Shown: one piece after another, positions 15,209 through 22,951 of the stretch
Numbering within the stretch: position 1 is the stretch's first letter
Layout of the letters: each line of letters opens with the position of its first letter
Assembly (NCBI GenBank): GCA_016699145.1
Contig: CP064962.1
Location: forward strand, 840,001-872,000
Length of the DNA stretch: 32,000 nucleotides
Reading direction: 5' to 3'
Source of the DNA: Candidatus Saccharimonadota bacterium
GTDB taxonomy: Bacteria; Patescibacteriota; Gracilibacteria; UBA1369; 2-02-FULL-48-14
Program-made: the position numbers and the translations under genes
Notes under the pieces: generated by a model
The model's database searches: none
Seen by the model: only the letters and a program-made list of their open reading frames with translations
Told to the model about the DNA's origin: nothing

Positions 15209-15302
15209 CCACAAAGTTTTTGAACAGGTTTGGGTTGAAGAAACGATCCAGACCGCACGGTAACCTGTAGACTGAAGAAATGTTTTCAGGTATAATCAAG
15301 GG

Positions 15303-16640
15303 ATGCAAGCACCTCAAAATCCTCAAGTCGAAAGTATAGAAGAGAGCTCGAAACGCTTTGTAGTGATTGGTGGCGAAAATTTTGCAGTAGAAGACATTCT
15401 AGATGCTGTTCATGGTAGACAATTCTTGGCTAGCCTCCACCCTGCTGATCTTGCAGAAATCCAAAATGCGATTGTCGATCCGTTCAGGATGAAAATCCAT
15501 CAAATTGACCACGATTCAATTCGTATCACTCGGGAAGACAAAACAAGAAAAATCCAAGGACTTGTAGCGCAGTGTACGGATGGCCTCAGAGATAACCTAC
15601 CCAATCGAGCGACTATTTTAGCTGCACTTGATCGACCCAACGCCTTACCTTTTAGTAACATGACGGAATTTTTGGCTCGATTCGCTGAGCTCTCAGAAGA
15701 TGGTGCAGCTTATGTAAGAGATGCAGCACGAGAAGTCGCTGACTTAAGCGAGGGTGTTTTGAACTCAAGTGCTTCGCTCTATGATCCACGCTTTGTTGAT
15801 CCAACAGTTCAAGCTATTCTTGGAGACGGAATGAGTGGTGGAGAGTGGGCCGAAGTGAATACCGTTATTCTAGAAAGAGCCCTGCTGGGTCAAACATTCA
15901 CTCACGATGACTTCCTACAACTGTGGATTGCAGATGGTTCGCGTTCAAGCGAAGTCATAAGGTCAAACTATGGAACCAGATCAAATCGTTACGATGCATT
16001 TTTGGGTAATATGATGCTCGTAGGGGGTGCCTCGACTTTATCCATTTTCCCACTTGCTCTCTCAGGAAATCCTTATCTCGTCTTGATACCCTTCCTTGCA
16101 ACTAGTGTGTGCGTCGGCAGCCTATTTGCAAATGCAGCCATGCAAAGACTGCCCAACTCATGGGTCACTAGAGCGGCGTTGACAGCAAATCGGATCACAA
16201 GTATTGCCAGCACCATTCCTGGATTTGGTCGAATGACAAGTACCGATTTAGAAAAGCGTGCTCGTCCTCACATTAAAAAATACGAAGAACTGTTTAGTTT
16301 GTGCCAACAGAGGATAGAAGAGATGCAAAGGACTGGATTTGGTCGATTTGGCTTATTCATTGTTCGTGAAATCATAGGTCAAGAAAGTGGTGCATTGGCA
16401 GAAGACACAGAGAACTTAGACATCTTCAAGCAGTGGCACCAATATTTGCATAGAAATGCTGATATACGGCGAGCGTTCGACGAATTTTCCAAGCGGAGGG
16501 CACATGGAGATTTTGATAAGGGAAGCTCAGTTAGCGCACTATTAAAAGACTTTGGGCTATATTTGGAAGCTCCATCTAGACTTGAACAAGAATTGGGCGG
16601 CAGAATTGAGGGAAGAGTAAATGCGAGGCAATCAAACTAG
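15303..16640 (+). CDS. hypothetical two-TM membrane protein, paralogue of 4189-5454
   Basis: 445 aa. Conserved blocks shared with the 421-aa ORF (see that feature). Starts 94 nt after tRNA-Tyr. Confidence 0.7.
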   Translation: MQAPQNPQVESIEESSKRFVVIGGENFAVEDILDAVHGRQFLASLHPADLAEIQNAIVDPFRMKIHQIDHDSIRITREDKTRKIQGLVAQCTDGLRDNLPNRATILAALDRPNALPFSNMTEFLARFAELSEDGAAYVRDAAREVADLSEGVLNSSASLYDPRFVDPTVQAILGDGMSGGEWAEVNTVILERALLGQTFTHDDFLQLWIADGSRSSEVIRSNYGTRSNRYDAFLGNMMLVGGASTLSIFPLALSGNPYLVLIPFLATSVCVGSLFANAAMQRLPNSWVTRAALTANRITSIASTIPGFGRMTSTDLEKRARPHIKKYEELFSLCQQRIEEMQRTGFGRFGLFIVREIIGQESGALAEDTENLDIFKQWHQYLHRNADIRRAFDEFSKRRAHGDFDKGSSVSALLKDFGLYLEAPSRLEQELGGRIEGRVNARQSN

Positions 16641-16656
16641 TGTAACCCCCTGCAAC
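16639..16656 (+). promoter_or_regulatory. conserved 18-nt motif AGTGTAACCCCCTGCAAC (candidate ECF-dependent promoter), copy 1
   Basis: Identical to 18091-18108. Lies 55 nt upstream of the sigma-factor ATG. Contains a GTAAC -35-like element. Confidence 0.45.
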
Positions 16657-16710
16657 TACTAAGGCGACACACCCTGGTCTTTTTTTGACTTAGCCACTAA
16701 GCTAAAAACC

Positions 16711-17292
16711 ATGATCGATCCGCACGAAAAAGAATGGATTGAGCGCGCAAAAACGGGTGAAGCCGAGGCTATTTCTCAACTCTATCAAGCTCACAAAGAA
16801 AAAGTATACAAATTCATCTATTTTCGCGTGGGTTCTCAAGCCGATGCAGAGGACCTTTTTCAGGACATCATGCTCGCTGCCTTCGACAGCCTGCCTCGTT
16901 TTCGAGGGGAAGTTCCTTTCTTGCACTGGTGCTATCAAGTGGCACGAAACAAAGTCGCCTACTTTTGGAGGCTCAAAAGTCAAAACAGAACTTTTGAACT
17001 GGATGAAGAACAAATTGGATTTGAAGAAGAGTGGGTGAATGCCAAAGATCCTGAAGAAGAAGCCACGGAAGACGCCATTCTCTTCGAAGAAATCGAAAAA
17101 GTGCGCGAAAAAATAAGCAAAGTCATGGATCAACTCCCTGAAAACTACGCACAGGTTCTCCGCTTCCGCTTCTTTGAGGGCCTCACTCTCACCCAAGTGG
17201 CAGAAAAAATGGAAATCACCCTCAACTACGTCAAAGTTCTCCAAAATCGAGCCTTAAAAAAAGCCGCTCAACTCTACGCTCTCACTTCCTAA
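16711..17292 (+). CDS. ECF-type RNA polymerase sigma-70 family factor
   Basis: 193 aa. Region 2 (VYKFIYFRVGSQADAEDLFQDIMLAAF...WCYQVARNKV) and region 4 HTH (LPENYAQVLRFRFFEGLTLTQVAEKMEITLNYVKVLQNRALKK). Confidence 0.85.
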   Translation: MIDPHEKEWIERAKTGEAEAISQLYQAHKEKVYKFIYFRVGSQADAEDLFQDIMLAAFDSLPRFRGEVPFLHWCYQVARNKVAYFWRLKSQNRTFELDEEQIGFEEEWVNAKDPEEEATEDAILFEEIEKVREKISKVMDQLPENYAQVLRFRFFEGLTLTQVAEKMEITLNYVKVLQNRALKKAAQLYALTS

Positions 17293-18074
17293 TGCAACCC
17301 ATGAACGAATTCAAAAATGAACCCGAAAAACTGACGCTTCAAGAGGAGCAATTCTCTGAAGCTTTGGAAGCCTTGCTCAGCAACAAGCCCCTGCCCAAGC
17401 AGCCGCTCACGCCGGAGCTCGCTATGGCGCTGCGCCTCCAAACCGCTCATCAAAAGCCTGTCTTACGTAAAGACTGGGATCGTATCACCGAAAAAGTGCT
17501 GCTCAAGGAATTTGCAAGCTCTCAAAAGGCCAAGTTCTGGCAACTCTTCTGGAAGCCTATAGCCGCTGGAGTGCTGCTCGGCGGACTTCTTTTAGCAGTG
17601 CTCAGCCCTATTTTCATCCCCGATTCCAACCCACCTCAAACTTTGGCAGAAGTCCAAGATTTTGAATCTCTCAGCGAAGCAGAGTCTCTGCTAGGGGCCT
17701 TACCCGCCGACGCCATCACGGAGGAAGGAATTTTGGTGGCCGAGCTTCGAGAAGACTTACATGCGATCAATCTCTTGCGCCAAAACGTCGACCTCACACT
17801 GGATGAGGAAGCCGAAACGGGCAGTTTCCCGCACGCCGAACTGCGCGACAACGCTCTCGAAGTGATTGAAGAAGAAAGAAAACTGGTCGCGATGATAGAC
17901 GTGCCCGTAGACATCGACACCTTTGCCGGAAAAGTGGCGGAGTGGCCCACGGTGAACGAAGGAGTGGATTTTGAAACCCATGCAAAGGCCGTAAACGGCT
18001 ATATCAACCATACTCAAATTTGGGAAGAAGCCACCTTAGAGTGGGCAAAGAAATTGGAAGCCAACCTGAATTAA
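17292..18074 (+). CDS. putative anti-sigma factor (single-pass membrane protein)
   Basis: Start overlaps the sigma stop by 1 nt. One TM (IAAGVLLGGLLLAVLSPIFI) splits a ~90-aa N-terminal part from a ~150-aa C-terminal part. The call rests on position and topology only. Confidence 0.5.
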   Translation: MQPMNEFKNEPEKLTLQEEQFSEALEALLSNKPLPKQPLTPELAMALRLQTAHQKPVLRKDWDRITEKVLLKEFASSQKAKFWQLFWKPIAAGVLLGGLLLAVLSPIFIPDSNPPQTLAEVQDFESLSEAESLLGALPADAITEEGILVAELREDLHAINLLRQNVDLTLDEEAETGSFPHAELRDNALEVIEEERKLVAMIDVPVDIDTFAGKVAEWPTVNEGVDFETHAKAVNGYINHTQIWEEATLEWAKKLEANLN

Positions 18075-18090
18075 AACACAAAATGGCAAA

Positions 18091-18108
18091 AGTGTAACCC
18101 CCTGCAAC
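18091..18108 (+). promoter_or_regulatory. conserved 18-nt motif AGTGTAACCCCCTGCAAC, copy 2
   Basis: Identical to 16639-16656. Lies 29 nt upstream of the ATG at 18137. The downstream CT-AGG-G positions are also shared. Confidence 0.45.
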
Positions 18109-18136
18109 ATCTTAGGTGCAACTAACCTAAGATGCT

Positions 18137-19015
18137 ATGCAAAGCCCCAATCAAAGCCTTTCTCGTCGTGAAGCCCTCGTCGGACTGCTCGCTACCTTCG
18201 CGATGGCCAGTGCTCCCAAATCAGCCGCTGCTGCCATTTCAAAACAAATCGACGAAACGCGAGAACAGCTCACGCTCCCTACTTTTATTAAGTACGAAAA
18301 TCCTGCATTTGGGCGGGCCGAGCACGAGGCCTTCCATAAGGAATTGGAAGCACGCTACGGCTTTGCCAAAGATCCCCATCTCACCCGCTGGACTTCCAAC
18401 CCCGAGCAGGTTTATGTGAACAAAAACGCAGGGGAAAGCATCCACATCGTCGGAGTCAACCTTAAGGAAAACTATGCCGAGATGGTTTGGGTCTTGGCAC
18501 CCGCTTACATCAACGCCGAAGGCCAAAGAGTCCTTGCTCACGTGCCTTTTGAACACATTCACAGCAACCAAGAAGAGCAATTTGAAAAACTCTGTGGAGA
18601 GGTCAACGCTCAAGTGAACGGCGTCATTCTTCAAGCAGAGAAGACAGATTTCTTCAGCGCCTTGCCCGAAGACGACCACATCGCCTGGAACTCAGGGGCC
18701 ACCCCTTTGGCCATGCGAGTGCGTTACTACCCAGCCTTTGGTCGAGATGGAGAACGGGCCTTGATGACCTATTGGGGGCTCGTGAATGAGCCAGAACGCA
18801 CCACCGATACCGGCGCCCCTAAAAACTTCGCTCTACTCGGTGCTTTAAACGCCCACCTTGGCCCTCAAGCCCTCGCAACAGGCATGCCAGCCTTTCTACC
18901 TAAAGTGGCCCATCCTTTCTTAGTGAACCCTTTGAATCGAAAAGAAGTATGCGATTTATACAGAGAACTGACCGGCGAAGAGCATCCTGAAGCAATTGAA
19001 GCACGTGAACCTTGA
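18137..19015 (+). CDS. hypothetical exported protein with Tat-like signal
   Basis: 292 aa. N-terminus SRREALVGLLATFAMASAPKSAAA (twin-arginine-like). No other motif recognised. Confidence 0.6.
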   Translation: MQSPNQSLSRREALVGLLATFAMASAPKSAAAAISKQIDETREQLTLPTFIKYENPAFGRAEHEAFHKELEARYGFAKDPHLTRWTSNPEQVYVNKNAGESIHIVGVNLKENYAEMVWVLAPAYINAEGQRVLAHVPFEHIHSNQEEQFEKLCGEVNAQVNGVILQAEKTDFFSALPEDDHIAWNSGATPLAMRVRYYPAFGRDGERALMTYWGLVNEPERTTDTGAPKNFALLGALNAHLGPQALATGMPAFLPKVAHPFLVNPLNRKEVCDLYRELTGEEHPEAIEAREP

Positions 19016-19139
19016 AATCGCAGTTTCAATTCAGGAGTTAGGAAAGCCGTTCGTTTTATTTTGCAAAACTTGATCTGTGGATTCCTCCCCGGGGAGGAAT
19101 TTTAACCCGTAAAAAACAGGAGATTGGCTTATTGAAGCC
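18988..19139 (-). repeat. ~150-bp hairpin-bearing dispersed repeat, copy X
   Basis: The reverse complement aligns to 27427-27580 at roughly 80-85% by eye. Overlaps the last ~28 nt of the 18137 CDS. Confidence 0.7.
19081..19103 (+). terminator. GC-rich palindrome / likely terminator inside repeat X
   Basis: ATTCCTCCCC|GGGGAGGAAT (perfect 20-nt palindrome) followed by TTT. Confidence 0.5.
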
Positions 19140-19264
19140 ATAGAGTAAATTTCAAGATTCACAGCCAAAGCCGCTACGTAGTTTCACGAATTTCAAGTAC
19201 AGCTCAGGGGAAAAGGAAGAGGGAGTAGAGTAGAGATACTTTACTTCTTCACCCCAACTCCCTC

Positions 19265-20344
19265 ATGGAACAATATAACATGACGAAAGGCATTCGTGGA
19301 CTGAGAAGATTACTTCGGCAGTTTAACGAAGCTACTTTAAAGCCCTGGCAGAGAGACGTACTTAGAGAAAGAATCCTTATTTTGGATTGGTACGACCATA
19401 ATGGAAAGAATAAAGCCAAGACTGCCAGGGCTTTTGAAACTTCTAGAAGCCACGTACAAAAGCTGGTGAAGGCCAGAAAGGAAGAAGGACTGGGTGGTCT
19501 TATTCCGAAAATAACAGGACCCAATAACAAACGTGGATTTAATCTCACCAGTGAAGAGAAACAAGAGATTGAACGCTATGCAAGGATGTTTCCAGATTGG
19601 AGCCACAAGAAGCTTCACATGTTTCTTCACCAGCACAGCATTTCCACCTTGTACCGCTATTTGGCAGCAAAAGGATTACTGGTTCGTAATCGCTGCCCCG
19701 GGTTTCACAAGAAACCAAAACCTAGGTCTGCTTGGAAAGTCCAAAGAAAGAAACTCCCCAAGGACTACCAAATCTTAAAACCTGGAGACTTGGTAGTCCT
19801 AGATTCCATCGTTGAGTTTGTGGACAGCGCCTTCAACAAACTGTACTTCATTACCTGTGTGGATGTGGCCACCAGGATAGGTTTTGCACTCGTAACCAAG
19901 CACCACAGTTCCAAGGCGGCCAAAGCTTTGCTGGAAAAGATGGAAGAAGTGCTCCAGACCAAGATTAAAGCTGTTTTAACAGACAACGGCAGTGAGTTCC
20001 TGGCGTACTTCCATAAAGCCTGCCAGCAGCAAGGGATTGAGCACTTCTTCACTCGCCCCAGAACACCAAAAGATAATGCGATTTGTGAGCGATTCAACCT
20101 TACTTTGCAACAACACCTCTACTGGAGAGTGGACTTAACCAGTCCCATTTACAAGATTAATGAGGTGCTCGCGGATTGGCTCGTGGAGTATAATTGCCTT
20201 CGTCCACATGAATCTCTCAATATGAGACCTCCAGTTGCTCACTACTTTCATCTATTCTACTCCCCTCGCCCCATCCCCGAGGTGTACTTGAAACTATGGA
20301 ACCGGACAGCCGCTTTACATAAAACAAAAATATGGTTATACTGA
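19265..20344 (+). CDS. IS481-like (rve/integrase-core DDE) transposase
   Basis: 359 aa. VVLDS, LTDNGSEF, PRTPKDNAICERFNLTLQ, YNCLRPHESL. Same family as the 294-aa transposase but divergent. Confidence 0.85.
   Translation: MEQYNMTKGIRGLRRLLRQFNEATLKPWQRDVLRERILILDWYDHNGKNKAKTARAFETSRSHVQKLVKARKEEGLGGLIPKITGPNNKRGFNLTSEEKQEIERYARMFPDWSHKKLHMFLHQHSISTLYRYLAAKGLLVRNRCPGFHKKPKPRSAWKVQRKKLPKDYQILKPGDLVVLDSIVEFVDSAFNKLYFITCVDVATRIGFALVTKHHSSKAAKALLEKMEEVLQTKIKAVLTDNGSEFLAYFHKACQQQGIEHFFTRPRTPKDNAICERFNLTLQQHLYWRVDLTSPIYKINEVLADWLVEYNCLRPHESLNMRPPVAHYFHLFYSPRPIPEVYLKLWNRTAALHKTKIWLY
20315..20342 (+). promoter_or_regulatory. candidate outward/hybrid promoter at the right end of the second IS
   Basis: TTACAT (20315-20320), 16-nt spacer, TATACT (20337-20342); 18 nt upstream of the ATG at 20361. 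Confidence 0.35.
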
Positions 20345-20360
20345 GACTGATCCCAAGACT

Positions 20361-20714
20361 ATGAACGCTCTTGCCTTACTTGCCGCCCTCACCGCCTGCG
20401 ACGTCCCTTCTCCAGAGGCCTCTGCTTCACAAGTAGAAGCAACCCATCAGGTAGCACTCAAGGCAGAACCAACAGAGATTGTGCCGAGCCAACTGGTCAA
20501 AACACAAGCAGCATTGCAGAAATGTTTGCCTGAAGAGGCCATGCAACGTTTAGAGGAAAGACAAGCAGAGTATAAAAAAGAATTAGTTGCCATGCGAAAG
20601 AATGGGGACACTCAAGGCGTGTATGCTCTCTTGCACCAAGTGGAGGGAAGCTACGGTGCTTTCCTGGAAAAATACAATTGCTCCGACCCCCTAGCGAAGC
20701 AAGACACCCCCTGA
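20361..20714 (+). CDS. small putative lipoprotein
   Basis: 117 aa. Signal with lipobox LTAC|D (MNALALLAALTACD). Confidence 0.55.
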   Translation: MNALALLAALTACDVPSPEASASQVEATHQVALKAEPTEIVPSQLVKTQAALQKCLPEEAMQRLEERQAEYKKELVAMRKNGDTQGVYALLHQVEGSYGAFLEKYNCSDPLAKQDTP

Positions 20715-20742
20715 TAGACTAAGCCCACTCTTCAGACATAGA

Positions 20743-21999
20743 ATGCCCAAGTTTCTCATCCAAGGTGGCCATACTCTTCAGGGAACAGTCACAGTCAGCG
20801 GCTCCAAAAACGCAGCGTTGCCCATTTTAGCAGCCACTATTTTGGCCACTGAGCCCGTCATCTTACACAAAGTCCCCGACATTTCCGATGTGCACGCCTT
20901 TTTGAAAATCCTTTCCAGTCTGGGCGCAGAGGTCACTTTCAATGCCGGCACCGTGACTGTGAACCCGGCCCATCTATCCCCCACTCAAATCGACGCTCAT
21001 CTCGTCAAACACATGCGGGCGTCCATCCTGCTTTTAGGCCCTCTGCTGGGACGTTTTGGGGAAGTGCGCCTCGCCTACCCCGGCGGTTGTGTGCTCGGGA
21101 AACGTTCGGTTCACGCCCATGTGCACGCCCTTTCTGCCCTAGGGGCACAGCTCATCGAAAGCAGCGAAGAAATCCACATGAAAGCCACCCTAAAACCCGC
21201 CCAGCTCATCATGGCCGAAGCCAGCGTCACAGCCACCGAAAACGCCATCATGGCTGCCGTTTGCACTCAGGGCACATCTGAAATCCGCTGGGCCGCCATC
21301 GAGCCGCACGTGCAGGATCTCTGTCACTTTTTAAACAGCCTCGGCGCAGACATCCAGGGTATCGGCACTCACACGCTCATCGTCCACGGCGGCAAACTTT
21401 TGCATGGCACGGAGTACACCGTCACGCCCGATTACCTCGAAGCCGGAACCCTCGTTTTAGCCACGCTCCTGACCAACGGAACCGTGACCATCGAAAATTG
21501 CCCGGTGGATCACCTGGACAGTTTTTGGCAAAAACTTGAAGAACTCGGAGCCCAATTTGAACTCGGCCAAAATCAAGTGAAAGTACTCCCTCACGGCCCC
21601 CTCAAAGCACCTGAAAAGTTGCAAACCTCCGTTTATCCTGGCTTCCCCACCGATTTACAAGCCCCCTTCACGGTGCTGCTCACGCAATGCATCGGGGAAA
21701 GTGCCGTTCACGAAACGCTTTTCGAAGGTCGTCTCAATTATCTTACGGAGCTGGAACGCATGGGTGCAGAGGTCCATTTGCTCAACCCCCATCAAGCCCG
21801 AATCAAGGGGCCCAGTAAACTCAAAGGCACCCCTATTGTGAGCCAAGACATTCGTGCCGGAGCCGCCATGGTGCTGGCCGCGCTGCTCGCCGAGGGCGAA
21901 ACCTCCATTTCAGAGATCAATTACATCGACCGTGGTTACGAACGACTCGATGAAAAACTCCGCTCACTCGGCGCCAAAATCGAACGAGTCCAAGAATAA
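20743..21999 (+). CDS. murA: UDP-N-acetylglucosamine 1-carboxyvinyltransferase MurA
   Basis: 418 aa. GSKNAALPILAA, active-site loop YPGGCVLGKRSVHAH, FPTDLQAPF, IDRGYERLDEKL. Confidence 0.95.
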   Translation: MPKFLIQGGHTLQGTVTVSGSKNAALPILAATILATEPVILHKVPDISDVHAFLKILSSLGAEVTFNAGTVTVNPAHLSPTQIDAHLVKHMRASILLLGPLLGRFGEVRLAYPGGCVLGKRSVHAHVHALSALGAQLIESSEEIHMKATLKPAQLIMAEASVTATENAIMAAVCTQGTSEIRWAAIEPHVQDLCHFLNSLGADIQGIGTHTLIVHGGKLLHGTEYTVTPDYLEAGTLVLATLLTNGTVTIENCPVDHLDSFWQKLEELGAQFELGQNQVKVLPHGPLKAPEKLQTSVYPGFPTDLQAPFTVLLTQCIGESAVHETLFEGRLNYLTELERMGAEVHLLNPHQARIKGPSKLKGTPIVSQDIRAGAAMVLAALLAEGETSISEINYIDRGYERLDEKLRSLGAKIERVQE

Positions 22000-22856
22000 A
22001 AACGGGCCCAAACACCATCGCCCGGCGTCTCAAAAACCACCGAAATGCGCCCCTCCAAATCGGTTCTAAACACCTCCATTCCCAAGGCGGCCGCCTTGTC
22101 GAGCGTCACCGAATGCGGATGTCCATAACTGTTGTCCACTCCACACGAAATCAGCATCCATTCAGCATCCACCGCCTCTAAAAATTCAGGGATACTGCTG
22201 CTCTCGGAACCGTGATGACCCGCCTTCAAAACGTCCGCGTCCAAGTCCACCCGCCCTTCTGCCCAAGCCTGCACCAATTCCGCTTCCACCTCTTTTTCGG
22301 CATCGCCCGTCAGCAAAACGGAATGCCCCTCCCCATCCTCCACGCGCAAGACCACCGAACTGTTGTTGATCTCCTCAAATTCCTGCCCCACTTCCTTCTT
22401 AAAAGGATAAATCACGTCTATGGTGCTGGAACCCAGGCGAAAATCCGTCGTAGCCTCGGCAAAATAAATCGCTCCATCAAAAGCTTCCACCTCCTGCAAA
22501 AAGAAGTCGTAAGCCTCGCTGTCGTAGGCGGAACCCCCAAGCAAAAGAGCCTTCACTTCAAAGCGCTGCAAAACAGGGACAAGTCCTGCCAAATGGTCCA
22601 AATGAGGATGCGTCAGCACCACCAAATCGAGTTCCCGAAACGCAGGAGGCAAGGCCGCACCCAACTCGGTCAAAACAGTAGAATCCGGCCCACCGTCCAC
22701 CAAAATATGATGCTCCTCAGCCGTGGTGATCAAAAGGGCATCTCCCTGCCCAATATTCAGCGCCTCCACCTTCAAGCCCGGGCTGAGTCGCCACAAATTC
22801 ACCGCCATGAAGCCGTTCAAGCCCAGGATCAAAGCTAAAAAAAGCTTAAAATTCAT
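21936..22856 (-). CDS. MBL-fold metallo-hydrolase, ComEC/Rec2 C-terminal-domain type
   Basis: 306 aa. N-terminal TM, LNIGQGDALLI, THPHLDHLAGL (HxHxDH), KAGHHGSESS. The 3' end overlaps murA by 64 nt (convergent). Confidence 0.75.
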   Translation of the reverse strand: MNFKLFLALILGLNGFMAVNLWRLSPGLKVEALNIGQGDALLITTAEEHHILVDGGPDSTVLTELGAALPPAFRELDLVVLTHPHLDHLAGLVPVLQRFEVKALLLGGSAYDSEAYDFFLQEVEAFDGAIYFAEATTDFRLGSSTIDVIYPFKKEVGQEFEEINNSSVVLRVEDGEGHSVLLTGDAEKEVEAELVQAWAEGRVDLDADVLKAGHHGSESSSIPEFLEAVDAEWMLISCGVDNSYGHPHSVTLDKAAALGMEVFRTDLEGRISVVFETPGDGVWARFYSWTRSILAPSERSFSSSRS

Positions 22857-22911
22857 GCAAACACTGTGCCCTCAAAAGCCCAGGCCGCCAAATGCCCCTG
22901 CGCGCCCCCTC

Positions 22912-22942
22912 TTTAAAAACCTGTTGTCGGAGCTCCAACAAC
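22912..22942 (-). terminator. rho-independent terminator after the 22952 gene
   Basis: Near-palindrome GTTGTCGGAG|CTCCAACAAC (22923-22942). The plus-strand A5 at 22915-22919 gives a T tract on the minus strand. Confidence 0.55.
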
Positions 22943-22951
22943 GTCGATCTC

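Larger units (their letters stand above)
19165..20345 (+). mobile_element. second IS481-family-like insertion sequence (boundaries approximate)
   Basis: Imperfect ~75-bp inverted repeats, roughly 70% by eye: 19167-19240 (AAAGCCGCT...TTTCAAGTACAGCTC...GGGAGTAGAGTAGAG) and 20245-20316. No TSD identified. Confidence 0.6.
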
